From positions 544,001 to 608,000 of the forward strand of contig JAKFBS010000002.1 in assembly GCA_036677065.1 (NCBI GenBank): DNA of 64,000 nucleotides. Reading direction: 5' to 3'. Below are positions 9,435-19,115 of the stretch, piece after piece. The first letter of the stretch is position 1, and every line of letters begins with the position of its first letter. The translations under genes and the position numbers were made by a program. The notes below the pieces were generated by a model that saw only the letters and a program-made list of their open reading frames with translations, had not been told where the DNA came from and did no database searches. Origin of the DNA: Bdellovibrio sp. (GTDB lineage Bacteria; Bdellovibrionota; Bdellovibrionia; Bdellovibrionales; Bdellovibrionaceae).

Positions 9435-11114
9435 ATGGAAAAAATTTGGCTTAAGAAGTACCCAAAAGTTGTACCGCATGTCATCGAAACTGATGAATAT
9501 TCAAATATTTTAGAAGTATTTGATGAATCAGTGCGAAAATTTCGCAATAAAGTGGCCTTCAAAAATTTTGGAACTAGCTTAACTTTCCATGACCTGGATG
9601 TATTATCTGGACAATTTGCATCGTATTTACAAAACGATCTTGGCTTAAAAAAAGGCGATAAAATCGCTATTCAAATGCCAAACGTTTTACAATTTCCGGT
9701 AGCCCTTTTTGGAGCTATGCGCGCTGGCCTTATCATTGTAAATACAAATCCGCTTTATACCGCGACTGAAATGAAACACCAATTCAGCGATTCAGGTGCA
9801 ACGACATTAGTGATCTTGGCGCAATTTGCCCACTTGTATGAAACAATTCAGGGGCAAACCCCAATTAAAAATGTGATCGTCACCGAAGTCGGCGATCTAT
9901 TGGGTTTTCCGAAAAAACATTTAATTAATTTTGTTTTAAAGCATGTTAAAAAAATGGTGCCGGCTTATAACTTTAAACACACTACTTTTGCTGATGCTTT
10001 AGATGCAGGGGCTACAAAAACTTATATTCAACCTCTATTAGCTGCAAAAGATATCGCTTTTTTACAATACACTGGCGGCACAACTGGTGTTTCTAAAGGC
10101 GCTATCCTTACTCATGAAAATATTATCGCAAACATGTTACAAATTTGTGCGTGGATGCGTCCTAAATTAATCGAAGGTGAAGAGATTTGTTTAACACCAC
10201 TTCCGATGTATCATATTTTTTCTTTAACAGTGAATTGTCTGGCTTTTATGCGTTACGGAGCTACGAATATCTTAATCACCAATCCACGTGATATTCCTGG
10301 TTTTATTAAAACCATGAAAAAAGAAAAATTCTCGATCATGACTGGCGTTAATACTCTTTATAACGCTTTAGCAGTTCACCCTGATATTAAAACTGTTGAT
10401 TTTTCTCATATGAAAATTTCAGTCGCAGGTGCAATGGCTTTACAGGGCGCAGTCAAAGAACGTTGGAAACAAGCCACCGGCACTGATGTTATCGAAGGTT
10501 ATGGTTTAACTGAAACTTCTCCTGTGGCTTGCGTAAACCCAATTGATGGCACAGATAAAGTTGGCACCATTGGCTTACCGGTTCCAAACACAGATGTCCG
10601 CTTGATCGATGATAACGGCAAAGATGTAACGGCTACTGGAGAACCAGGCGAGTTATGCGTTAAGGGTCCACAAGTTATGCAGGGTTATTACAACCGTCCC
10701 GATGAAACAGCTAAAGTGATTAAAGATGGCTGGTTATTAACTGGTGATATCGCCGTGATGGATTCTGAAGGATTTTTTAAAATCGTCGATCGTAAAAAAG
10801 ATATGATCTTAGTCTCAGGCTTTAACGTTTACCCGAATGAAGTTGAAGATGTCATCGCGAAACACCCTAAAGTGTTAGAAGTGGCAGCGATTGGTATTCC
10901 CGATGATCATTCAGGCGAAGTGGTTAAAGTATTTGTTGTTAAAAAAGATGAGTCTTTAACAGAACAAGAAGTTATCGCTCATGCAAAACTTTCAATGACG
11001 AATTACAAAGTGCCAAAACATGTTGAATTCAGAAGTGAAATACCAAAAACCAATGTTGGTAAAGTTTTACGTCGCGCACTACGTGATGAAGAATTAGCAA
11101 AATTAAAAAAATAA
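9435..11114 (+). CDS. fadD: Long-chain fatty acid-CoA ligase
   Basis: LQYTGGTTGVSKGA, EGYGLTETSP, TGDIA, DRKKDMILVSGFNVYP, PKTNVGKVLRR. Confidence 0.93.
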   Translation: MEKIWLKKYPKVVPHVIETDEYSNILEVFDESVRKFRNKVAFKNFGTSLTFHDLDVLSGQFASYLQNDLGLKKGDKIAIQMPNVLQFPVALFGAMRAGLIIVNTNPLYTATEMKHQFSDSGATTLVILAQFAHLYETIQGQTPIKNVIVTEVGDLLGFPKKHLINFVLKHVKKMVPAYNFKHTTFADALDAGATKTYIQPLLAAKDIAFLQYTGGTTGVSKGAILTHENIIANMLQICAWMRPKLIEGEEICLTPLPMYHIFSLTVNCLAFMRYGATNILITNPRDIPGFIKTMKKEKFSIMTGVNTLYNALAVHPDIKTVDFSHMKISVAGAMALQGAVKERWKQATGTDVIEGYGLTETSPVACVNPIDGTDKVGTIGLPVPNTDVRLIDDNGKDVTATGEPGELCVKGPQVMQGYYNRPDETAKVIKDGWLLTGDIAVMDSEGFFKIVDRKKDMILVSGFNVYPNEVEDVIAKHPKVLEVAAIGIPDDHSGEVVKVFVVKKDESLTEQEVIAHAKLSMTNYKVPKHVEFRSEIPKTNVGKVLRRALRDEELAKLKK

Positions 11115-11136
11115 GTTTCACAAAAGGAGATTTCAA

Positions 11137-11676
11137 ATGAAAAATTTAGTTTTAATCGCAACTCTAGTTTTAACATCAACTGCCTTTGCACAAAAAAATA
11201 AACAATCTGCGCCTCCAGCGGCAGCACAGCCTGCTTACAACGTTAGTCAAAAAGTATTTGGTGGCAACATCGGCATGAATCAAAGTGCGTTTAACTTAGG
11301 AATCATGATTGATTCTGGCACTGAGACTGGCGATCTTGGCGGGTCATTTTTCTTACAAACAGAAAAAAAAGAAAACGGTGTTGTTGTCGTAACCCAAGTG
11401 ATGACTTTTGGCGGGCATGTTAATTTAAATGTATTTGACCAAGCTGGTTGGGTTTTAGATTTACGCCCAGGCCTTAATCTTTCAATGCTTCAAGATGTTG
11501 GCGCTGGTGGTGATGACAAAACTGTATTTGGACCATCATTACGCTGGAGTGTGGCTCACCGAACTGCTAGCGGCATGGAAATCGGTATTGAACGTTTAGA
11601 AATCTGGAACTGGTTTGATGACGAAGCTCCAGGATCTGGCGCATTTACGTCTTTAGTTTTCAGAACTCGTTTCTAG
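11137..11676 (+). CDS. Small outer-membrane beta-barrel protein
   Basis: Signal peptide AFA, amphipathic strands, terminal Phe (LVFRTRF). Confidence 0.7.
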   Translation: MKNLVLIATLVLTSTAFAQKNKQSAPPAAAQPAYNVSQKVFGGNIGMNQSAFNLGIMIDSGTETGDLGGSFFLQTEKKENGVVVVTQVMTFGGHVNLNVFDQAGWVLDLRPGLNLSMLQDVGAGGDDKTVFGPSLRWSVAHRTASGMEIGIERLEIWNWFDDEAPGSGAFTSLVFRTRF

Positions 11677-11700
11677 TTTTTACTAAAAATTTAGAACTTC

Positions 11701-11734
11701 AAAAAGCCACACTTTTTAACGAAGTGTGGCTTTT
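11701..11734. terminator. Bidirectional intrinsic terminator
   Basis: AAAAGCCACACTT-loop-AAGTGTGGCTTTT between convergent genes. Confidence 0.85.
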
Positions 11735-11739
11735 ATTTT

Positions 11740-12570
11740 TTATTGAGCTAAGATTTTATCGACTTCGCGAAGAATATCTTTAAGCCGTTTCTGAAAAAAT
11801 ATTTTTTGTTCTGGTGAGCGGATCTTCCAGATTTCTAAAATAAAATTTTTAAAATCATTTTCAAATATTTCACGCTGTTGTTTATAGGTATCAGTTCGAA
11901 TACTGTTGTCACCCGAATAATACGCTAGGCTTAAATCGATCATTTTATCTTTTTGCGGATACAGCTTGATCAAATCGGCATTGAAGATTTTGCGCATCTG
12001 AATTTGCTCTGAATAAAAATTTAAATGTTCATCGAAAAATTTTTCCATTAGCTTTTCTTGGTCTTTGGATAGGTCATCCAGAAAAAACTCTGCAATCCGC
12101 GAAAAATTAGACAACTTCTTCTTTTTAAAAGCTTTCTTATCGGCCGCTTCTTCTTCTTTTTCGCTGATCTGTTCGTCTGTATATTCTTTGAAAACTTTCA
12201 TCTCAGCATCGCTGACTTCACTGATGACTTTTTCAAAACTAGGTTTAAACAACAGAATCATGTCTTTTTGAAAACTACTTGCGTCTTTACGAAGAACATC
12301 GCCTTCGGCATCGGTGATTTGATCTTTTGCTGTTAGGACTTCGATTTTATGAAGATGCTCTTTAAGTTTAACGAAGAAAACTTTTTTATTTTTGCTAAAT
12401 TCAGCTGATAAAAAATGATCGACGTCTTTACTTTTTGAGCGTGGCGAAAACTCAAAGGCATCATCAACCCGACTTTTGATTTGATTTGTACCTAGGCTAT
12501 ACCCCACCCCTACTTTTGAACATGATGCGCACAAGAGTAAAGTTAGTAAATAAAGCCCAAGTTTAATCAT
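11740..12570 (-). CDS. Helical lipoprotein (DUF6279-like)
   Basis: Lipobox CASC; helical repeats such as LSKDQEKLM and SPEQKIFF. Confidence 0.65.
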   Translation of the reverse strand: MIKLGLYLLTLLLCASCSKVGVGYSLGTNQIKSRVDDAFEFSPRSKSKDVDHFLSAEFSKNKKVFFVKLKEHLHKIEVLTAKDQITDAEGDVLRKDASSFQKDMILLFKPSFEKVISEVSDAEMKVFKEYTDEQISEKEEEAADKKAFKKKKLSNFSRIAEFFLDDLSKDQEKLMEKFFDEHLNFYSEQIQMRKIFNADLIKLYPQKDKMIDLSLAYYSGDNSIRTDTYKQQREIFENDFKNFILEIWKIRSPEQKIFFQKRLKDILREVDKILAQ

Positions 12571-13289
12571 AAGGTGAGCTCCGGAAAACGTTTAGCTTTT
12601 TCAGCATCTACATTTGGGGCATTATAATTTTGATTATAAATACGCGCACTTTCGGCGGCATTTAGAATGTTTCCTAGATAAGTGATTGAAAAGACCACGC
12701 CGCTGACAAGAGATGCCGCATGCAAATCATGATCAGCTAATTCTAAAGTGGCTGATAAGAATAAAGCATTTAAGACAAAAGCCATAGCGCCTGACTGCCA
12801 TGATCCTGTGTAGGCTTGGCCAGCACCTGGTAAAAATGCACTCATCGTGCCAGCTAAAGCAGGTGATTTTTTCAGCGGTAGGTTTTCTTTCCATAGGTTA
12901 AAAGCATCAACACGTTTTGCTTCTACAGTGTCTTCAGTTTTGGGAAAGTAATAACTTTGATAAAGTTTAAGTTTTGGCTGGTTAAGTAAAGAAAATTTCT
13001 GCGGATAAACTTTGTGCGAAAGATGAAACATTTCATCACGTTCACCAAGTTCTGTTGCCGCCAATAAATAGCCCCACTGGGCAGCTTCAAGAGTTTCGGC
13101 GCAATCAAATTTCAGCGCCATTGAAAACTCTTGCAAGCTTAATAGATATTGTTTGCGCCCGTAAAGTTCACGGCCGCTGTCTAAAGCTAGGCTTGAAGAT
13201 TTACAGAATAAACTTTTAGATGTGTCGGCGGCAAAAAGGTTTTGTGCAAACAACCCAATCAGCAATGCTGCGATAAGATTAAAGTTCAC
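12567..13289 (-). CDS. Exported TPR-like protein with C-terminal TM2/DUF5683-like membrane domain
   Basis: Signal peptide from GTG at 13289; KKSPALAGTMSAFLPGAGQAYTG plus two hydrophobic helices. Confidence 0.7.
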   Translation of the reverse strand: MNFNLIAALLIGLFAQNLFAADTSKSLFCKSSSLALDSGRELYGRKQYLLSLQEFSMALKFDCAETLEAAQWGYLLAATELGERDEMFHLSHKVYPQKFSLLNQPKLKLYQSYYFPKTEDTVEAKRVDAFNLWKENLPLKKSPALAGTMSAFLPGAGQAYTGSWQSGAMAFVLNALFLSATLELADHDLHAASLVSGVVFSITYLGNILNAAESARIYNQNYNAPNVDAEKAKRFPELTL

Positions 13290-13677
13290 AATTTTCTGGC
13301 GGCAGATCAACGAAGCTAATTCCATGATTATTATTTACCATAGGTAATCCTAAATAACCAGCGTCAGGCTCGCGCAGAAAACGATCAAATGTTTTAAATA
13401 AAGATGGAATTGTGCCACAGCGTTTGGCCAGATTTTGCGAATACACGCTATCACTTGGAAAGTAATCGCAGCGAGAAAATAAACTAGGGCGTAAAACCTC
13501 TTGATACACACTGACTGTGGCACTTTCGGACTCTGTTACAACGCGACTAATTTTTTTAAATTTATAAGTTGAATCAATAGAACTGACGTTAGCTGGTTGT
13601 AAATTTACACAACCAGCTAAGGCTAGAGATAGAAATAGAAATAGAAATAGACTATTTCTTTTGAGACGTAGAAACAC
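13279..13677 (-). CDS. YidD-like (membrane protein insertion efficiency factor-like) lipoprotein
   Basis: Lipobox LAGC; YQEVLRP..SRCDYFPSDSVY..TFDRFLRE resembles the YidD motif. Confidence 0.65.
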   Translation of the reverse strand: MFLRLKRNSLFLFLFLSLALAGCVNLQPANVSSIDSTYKFKKISRVVTESESATVSVYQEVLRPSLFSRCDYFPSDSVYSQNLAKRCGTIPSLFKTFDRFLREPDAGYLGLPMVNNNHGISFVDLPPENCEL

Positions 13678-14002
13678 AGTTATATTCGTATGTTCTTTCA
13701 GCTTTGTATTTTTGGATCCATAAGAATGGAACTAATAAAAATACACCGCCAGCACATGCGCCAGCGTCAAATTCTTCACTACGAGAGAATGTATAGTACG
13801 CAGGTTCACAACCTGGTTTTTCGATACGCACAGAATTTGTAGAGCCCACGATTTTAGTATCAGTGTGAGTTGCTACGCCTGTTCCTTTAAGCTCGCCATC
13901 GATGTAGATTTTAGCTTGTGAATCAGTTGTTCTGATCATTGTTGTTGATGAGCATGATGCAAATAATGCAGCACTTAATACGATTGCGATTGTTTTTTTC
14001 AT
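13652..14002 (-). CDS. PEGA-like lipoprotein
   Basis: Lipobox FASC; AKIYIDGELKG, VRIEKPG; C-terminal hydrophobic segment. Confidence 0.7.
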   Translation of the reverse strand: MKKTIAIVLSAALFASCSSTTMIRTTDSQAKIYIDGELKGTGVATHTDTKIVGSTNSVRIEKPGCEPAYYTFSRSEEFDAGACAGGVFLLVPFLWIQKYKAERTYEYNCVSTSQKK

Positions 14003-14029
14003 TCGTGGATTCCCCTTAGTTGAAACTAT

Positions 14030-14058
14030 AAATGGGTGTTTTTTAAAACACCCATTTA
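14030..14058 (-). terminator. Hairpin terminator after HiPIP gene
   Basis: TAAATGGGTGTTTT-T-AAAACACCCATTTA inverted repeat. Confidence 0.6.
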
Positions 14059-14093
14059 TTTAATAAAACATTTGTTATGAAAGCCAGATCTAT

Positions 14094-14474
14094 TTAAGCT
14101 TTTTTAGCCCAAGAACTGCACCAGCCTTCAGCAGTTACCATTTTGCCGCCAGTGAATGGCATCTGACAAGGAGCTGCTTTTTTACCAGCAGCGCTAGTTT
14201 CTTTGCCGGTCTCATAAAATGCACAATTTTTGCATTTTTGATCTTTAAACTGCACACCTGCACGAGCATTCATCAACGTTTTGTCTTTTAAGGCTGTGTT
14301 AAGTTCTACATAATTTACTGATTGAGCTTGGCGATCTTTCGGATCCACAAGCTGTGGGCCTGCTGCTTTAGCTGCACCACTGCCGCGACGACCTTCTGCA
14401 CGGGCAACTACTGGTAATAATGCAGCAGCTCCGATTAACATTCCCACTGATTGAAAAAATGATCTTCTATTCAT
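14094..14474 (-). CDS. High-potential iron-sulfur protein (HiPIP), Tat-exported
   Basis: MNRRSFF twin-arginine signal; CKNC...C...GWC four-cysteine pattern. Confidence 0.85.
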   Translation of the reverse strand: MNRRSFFQSVGMLIGAAALLPVVARAEGRRGSGAAKAAGPQLVDPKDRQAQSVNYVELNTALKDKTLMNARAGVQFKDQKCKNCAFYETGKETSAAGKKAAPCQMPFTGGKMVTAEGWCSSWAKKA

Positions 14475-14511
14475 ATGATAAACCTCTTTAGAATTTTTGA
14501 TTAATAGATCT

Positions 14512-14539
14512 ATCATAGCTATTTTCATTTGGTTTTCAA
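14512..14539 (-). promoter_or_regulatory. Sigma70-like promoter of HiPIP gene
   Basis: TTGAAA-N16-TATGAT on the minus strand. Confidence 0.5.
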
Positions 14540-14570
14540 TATCAATTTAGGGATGTAACACAAGACCGCA

Positions 14571-15953
14571 ATGACTAACTCACAAACAATTCCCATTTAT
14601 AATTTAGGCAATGATTTTTACGACGAAGTCACACCTGCGACTTTTCCTGAAAAAAAATTAAGATATTTTAATCCCAATTTGAATTTGCAAACGATTCCCG
14701 ATTTCACCGTTGAACATCTTTGGCATTTTCATCCACTAAACAACAACATATTAAAACCCTTAGCGCTTCGTTATCATGGCCATCAATTTCGTCATTACAA
14801 CCCAGACATCGGCGATGGCCGCGGCTTTTTATATGCGCAAGTTATGCAAAATAATCAGTGGTATGACTTAGGCACAAAAGGTTCAGGTACAACCCCGTAT
14901 TCACGCAGTGGTGATGGACGTCTGACTTTGAAAGGCGCGGTTCGTGAGGCCTTAGCCACTGAAACCTTAGAATCTTACGGTGTTAATACCAGCAAAACGG
15001 CCTGCATTTTTGAAACAGGTGAAAGTTTAGTTCGTGGTGATGAACCAAGTCCAACGCGTTCGGCGGTTTTAACCCGCTATAGTCTAGGTCACATTCGCAT
15101 CGGCACTTTTCAGAGATTGGCTTTTTTTAATCAAACAGAAAATATTAAAAAATTAACTAAGTACGTTTTAAAATATTACTATCAAGACGAATGTAAAAAA
15201 TTAGACTGGGATAACGATCTTGATGTGGCGACACGTTTTTTACAATGCGTGGGTGAACGCTTAGCTCATCTGGCTGCGCAAGTGATGATGGCTGGTTTTG
15301 TTCATGGCGTTTTAAATTCAGATAATATTAATGTTTCAGGTGAGTTATTTGATTACGGGCCGTATCGCTTCTTGCCTGATTATGATCCGCAATTTACCGC
15401 GGCTTATTTTGACCAACAGGGTTTATACTGTTTTTCAGAACAACCAAGTAATTTTTTGTGGAATCTAGCGCAACTTACACAATGTTTAATGAAAGCTTAC
15501 CCTCAACTTCCGGGGCAATTGATCTTAGAAAACTTTCAAGAGCAATTTAATGATTATTTGTATTTAGCTTTTCAGAATAAATTAAATGTTCGCTTTATCG
15601 ATGATGAAACAACTACTGAAGCGATTTCTCTGTTTTTTCAAACCGTCACAGATAAGAGTATTAACTTTGAAGAAGCTTTTTTTGCGTTTCATTCAAGCCA
15701 CATCGACAAAGAATTACCCGCAAGTATTAAAGATATGACGTCTGCGCAGTTATTGAAAAAAATGATTGCATCAGCTCATGTCATTGATGAAAAAATTAAT
15801 ACGCACGCGTATTTTAAAAACGAAAAACCCGAGATGTTATTGATTGATGAGATCGAAGCGATTTGGAAAGAGATCAGTGATCAAGATAACTGGACTTTAT
15901 TCGAAAATAAAATCCAGTCGTTAAGATTATTTAGAGGCGTCTACAGTTTGTGA
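14571..15953 (+). CDS. selO: SelO/YdiU protein adenylyltransferase
   Basis: YHGHQF, GDGRG, KGSGTTPYSRSGDGR, GFVHGVLNSDN, DYGPY. Confidence 0.9.
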   Translation: MTNSQTIPIYNLGNDFYDEVTPATFPEKKLRYFNPNLNLQTIPDFTVEHLWHFHPLNNNILKPLALRYHGHQFRHYNPDIGDGRGFLYAQVMQNNQWYDLGTKGSGTTPYSRSGDGRLTLKGAVREALATETLESYGVNTSKTACIFETGESLVRGDEPSPTRSAVLTRYSLGHIRIGTFQRLAFFNQTENIKKLTKYVLKYYYQDECKKLDWDNDLDVATRFLQCVGERLAHLAAQVMMAGFVHGVLNSDNINVSGELFDYGPYRFLPDYDPQFTAAYFDQQGLYCFSEQPSNFLWNLAQLTQCLMKAYPQLPGQLILENFQEQFNDYLYLAFQNKLNVRFIDDETTTEAISLFFQTVTDKSINFEEAFFAFHSSHIDKELPASIKDMTSAQLLKKMIASAHVIDEKINTHAYFKNEKPEMLLIDEIEAIWKEISDQDNWTLFENKIQSLRLFRGVYSL

Positions 15954-18900
15954 ATGACTGTTACTTTCATCATGGCCACTTCCTGCGTAAGCAGCAACTG
16001 GCGCTTCATCATCGCCTTGGAATCTGCGCACTAGTCTTTGCGACCAGTTACGGAATCCCTCGATATAACCAAATGCTGCCGGAACAACGATTAAAGTTAA
16101 TAACGTCGAAGATAAAATACCGCTGATGATCGCCACGCCCATCGATTGACGTTGAGTCCCTAACTCAGTCACACCAATGGCGATCGGAATCATACCCGCA
16201 ATTAACGCTAACGATGTCATTACGATTGGACGTAAGCGCGTGCGCGATGCTTTAACAATGGCCTTATTCATCTCGATACCGTCATCCATTAAGTGTTTTG
16301 TGTAATCCACAAGTAGAATCGAGTTCTTCGCAACCACTCCCATTAATAGGATGAGTCCGATGATCGAGAAAATATCGATCGATAAGTTAAAGACCACAAG
16401 ACCTACGAAGGCTCCAGAAATACCTAATGGTAACGCCAGTAAAATCGTGAACGGAGTGACGAAACTTTCATACAGCGAAGCAAGGACTAGATAAATAAAT
16501 AGAACTCCTAGGCCCATAGCGATGATCATATTACCAATAAGATCTTTAAAGTCTTGCGCTTGACCTTCGAATTTGTAAGTTACACCTAATGGTGGTTTCA
16601 ACTCATTAGCTAACATTCTTTCGATCTCGGTAGTGATCGTGCCTAACTGTCCGCCCGGCCCTAAGTTTGCGGTAATGGCAATGAAGCGTCCTTTATTTTG
16701 ACGATTGATTTGCGAATACCCTAAAGCCTCTTCAGCTTGAGCGACACGGTTAAGTGGAATCATATTAAAATTCGAATTAGGAACAAACGTCGTATTAAAT
16801 TCTTTTTTCAAATCCATTTCTGAATCCGGAAATTTCATACGCACATCATACTCAATACCATTTTGACGGTAAACTGCAGGTAGCGCACCTTCTGTGCGGT
16901 AACGAAGTTCTGCACCGGCAGTTACTGTCGAAATACCTAAAGCTTCTGAACGTTCACGGTTAAACACCACATGAAATTCAGGCTTACCACCGCGAAAGTT
17001 AGTATCCACGTCAACTAAGCCAGGAATCGCCTGAATTTTCTTTTGCAATTCTAGAGTGTACTTAGAAAGCTCTTCTAAGTTATCACCAACGATATATAGA
17101 TTAAGTGGTTTTTGTCCACCGCCACCGATATCGTAGTCACCTACGGCAATGATCGCATCATTTTTATAATTTTCAGTAATTTTTCTGACCATCTCTTTGA
17201 CATCAGTTGTTGAATAACCTTTACGCTCTTTTGCAGGTTTAAGTGCAACGTAGAAATCAGCTTTGTTTGATTCAAAAGACATCGAACCCACTGTCAGGGC
17301 CACGACTTTCACTTGCGGAAGAGCTTTAACTTCGGCTTCCAGTTTTTTAGCGAATTCGAAAGTTCCGGCTAATGAGGTTCCCACCGGAGCTTCAATAGAA
17401 ACTGTAAACTCACCAGTATCTGCAGCTGGTAAGAAAGTTTTTTTAACAATCGCACCGCCGCCAATTGTTGCGACTAAGAAAAACGTAAGAGCACTGGCTA
17501 ATACGGTTTTACGGTGGCCAAGTGTCCAATTAAGTGCTGCTTCATAAACGTCTTCAAGCTTTGTTTGAAAGCGATCAAAAGCCGCAAGCATTCTATTAAT
17601 AAAGTTATCTTTTTTCTTTTCATGATCTTTTTTAGTCACCATGTAAGCTGAAAGCATCGGCGCAACAGTAAAGGCATCCCACAATGAAATAATCATGGTG
17701 AACACGACGGTTAAGCCGAACTGTTTAAAGAACTGCCCGATGATTCCAGGCACGAACGCAATTGGACCAAACACGGCAATAACCACTAACGTTGTGGCCA
17801 CTACCGCTAAAGCAACTTCTTTTGTTCCTTCAATGGCTGCTGTTTTTGGATCTTTACCCATTTCTAAATGTCTAAAAATATTTTCACGCACAACAATGGC
17901 ATCATCGATCAGTAACCCGACCGCAAGCGACAGAGCGATCAATGTCATGATGTTTAATGAAAAACCCATCGCGTACATTAAGATGAATCCACCTAATAAG
18001 GAATTCGGTAACGCCAGACCAGTAATAAAAGTAGATTTTGCCGACCCTAAGAAGAAAAACACCACTAAAATACAAAGTGCAATACCGATAAAGATTGTCT
18101 CTTTAACGTCCGCCACATTCAATCGAATCGGAACTGATCCATCACGAACCATTTTAGCTTCTGCATTAATTTTCTTTTCTTTTAAAAAAGCATTAACCAG
18201 CTCTACTTGTTCTTTTACCCGATCTGCAACAGCTACGGTATTTGCACCAGACTGCTTGTACACTTGTAAGAATAAAGCGGTCTTTCCGTCGATTGATGAA
18301 AAACGTTGAGCTTTAGCTAAACTTTCTTTTACTTCGGCGACTTCTGATAATTTCACTGGACGATCTGAACCGATAAAGTTAACGGCCACATTTTTAATTT
18401 GGTCTAAACTTCCGAATTCACCCACGGTACGATACACGGTTTCATTTTTTGCTGTCTCGTATTTACCGATAGGAATATCTTTTGATGTATCTTCGATGCG
18501 TTTTGCAATCTGCACCATTGATAACTGGCGATCTTGAAGTTTATCTTTATCAACTAAGATTTGAATTTCTTTTTTACGACCACCGACGATACTAACTAAA
18601 CCCACATCTGGCAGACGCTCGAATAGTGGTTTAATTTGTTCATTAGCGATATCATATAAGGCTGCCGGATCTAAATCAGAATTCACCGCAATCATCACGA
18701 TCGGCTGATCGGCTGGATCAAATCTGCGAATAATTGGCTCTTCAGCATCGTCTGGAAGTTTATTGCGGATATTCGAGATACGATTTCTAACTTGCTGTTC
18801 AGATTCTTTAATATCAACACCAAGTTTGAACTTAATGATGATTGAACCTAAAGAGTCATAGTTAAAAGAAGATACAGTTTCAACGCCAGGGAGGGACGAT

Positions 18901-19112
18901 ACTTCATCTTCGATCGGTTTTGAAATTTGGCGCTCGACGTCCACAGGAGAAGCCCCTGGATACATTACTTGCACGGCTACAACGGGGAATGTTACATCCG
19001 GAAATTGATCCACTGGCATTTTCTTGTAGGACATCAGCCCCAAAACAATCATTAAAATAACTAAACACGTAATAAAAATCGGACGTTTAATCGATAGTTC
19101 TGCTAAATTCAT
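15927..19112 (-). CDS. RND efflux permease (AcrB/AcrD/AcrF family)
   Basis: SIKRP, GLLIDDAIVVRENI, KNSILLVDY, RLRPIVMTS; 1061 aa. Confidence 0.95.
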   Translation of the reverse strand: MNLAELSIKRPIFITCLVILMIVLGLMSYKKMPVDQFPDVTFPVVAVQVMYPGASPVDVERQISKPIEDEVSSLPGVETVSSFNYDSLGSIIIKFKLGVDIKESEQQVRNRISNIRNKLPDDAEEPIIRRFDPADQPIVMIAVNSDLDPAALYDIANEQIKPLFERLPDVGLVSIVGGRKKEIQILVDKDKLQDRQLSMVQIAKRIEDTSKDIPIGKYETAKNETVYRTVGEFGSLDQIKNVAVNFIGSDRPVKLSEVAEVKESLAKAQRFSSIDGKTALFLQVYKQSGANTVAVADRVKEQVELVNAFLKEKKINAEAKMVRDGSVPIRLNVADVKETIFIGIALCILVVFFFLGSAKSTFITGLALPNSLLGGFILMYAMGFSLNIMTLIALSLAVGLLIDDAIVVRENIFRHLEMGKDPKTAAIEGTKEVALAVVATTLVVIAVFGPIAFVPGIIGQFFKQFGLTVVFTMIISLWDAFTVAPMLSAYMVTKKDHEKKKDNFINRMLAAFDRFQTKLEDVYEAALNWTLGHRKTVLASALTFFLVATIGGGAIVKKTFLPAADTGEFTVSIEAPVGTSLAGTFEFAKKLEAEVKALPQVKVVALTVGSMSFESNKADFYVALKPAKERKGYSTTDVKEMVRKITENYKNDAIIAVGDYDIGGGGQKPLNLYIVGDNLEELSKYTLELQKKIQAIPGLVDVDTNFRGGKPEFHVVFNRERSEALGISTVTAGAELRYRTEGALPAVYRQNGIEYDVRMKFPDSEMDLKKEFNTTFVPNSNFNMIPLNRVAQAEEALGYSQINRQNKGRFIAITANLGPGGQLGTITTEIERMLANELKPPLGVTYKFEGQAQDFKDLIGNMIIAMGLGVLFIYLVLASLYESFVTPFTILLALPLGISGAFVGLVVFNLSIDIFSIIGLILLMGVVAKNSILLVDYTKHLMDDGIEMNKAIVKASRTRLRPIVMTSLALIAGMIPIAIGVTELGTQRQSMGVAIISGILSSTLLTLIVVPAAFGYIEGFRNWSQRLVRRFQGDDEAPVAAYAGSGHDESNSHSQTVDASK

Positions 19113-19115
19113 GAC

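Noticed and set aside
13627..13652. (ATAGAA)n microsatellite
   Set aside because: In-frame hexamer encoding FLFLFL in a signal peptide; it cannot shift the frame and is of low significance
17263..18309. Long antisense ORFs inside the RND gene (and similar shadow ORFs throughout, e.g. 992-1333, 8363-8740, 24236-24646, 45629-46054)
   Set aside because: Fully antisense to well-supported genes, with no RBS or motifs; typical codon-bias shadows
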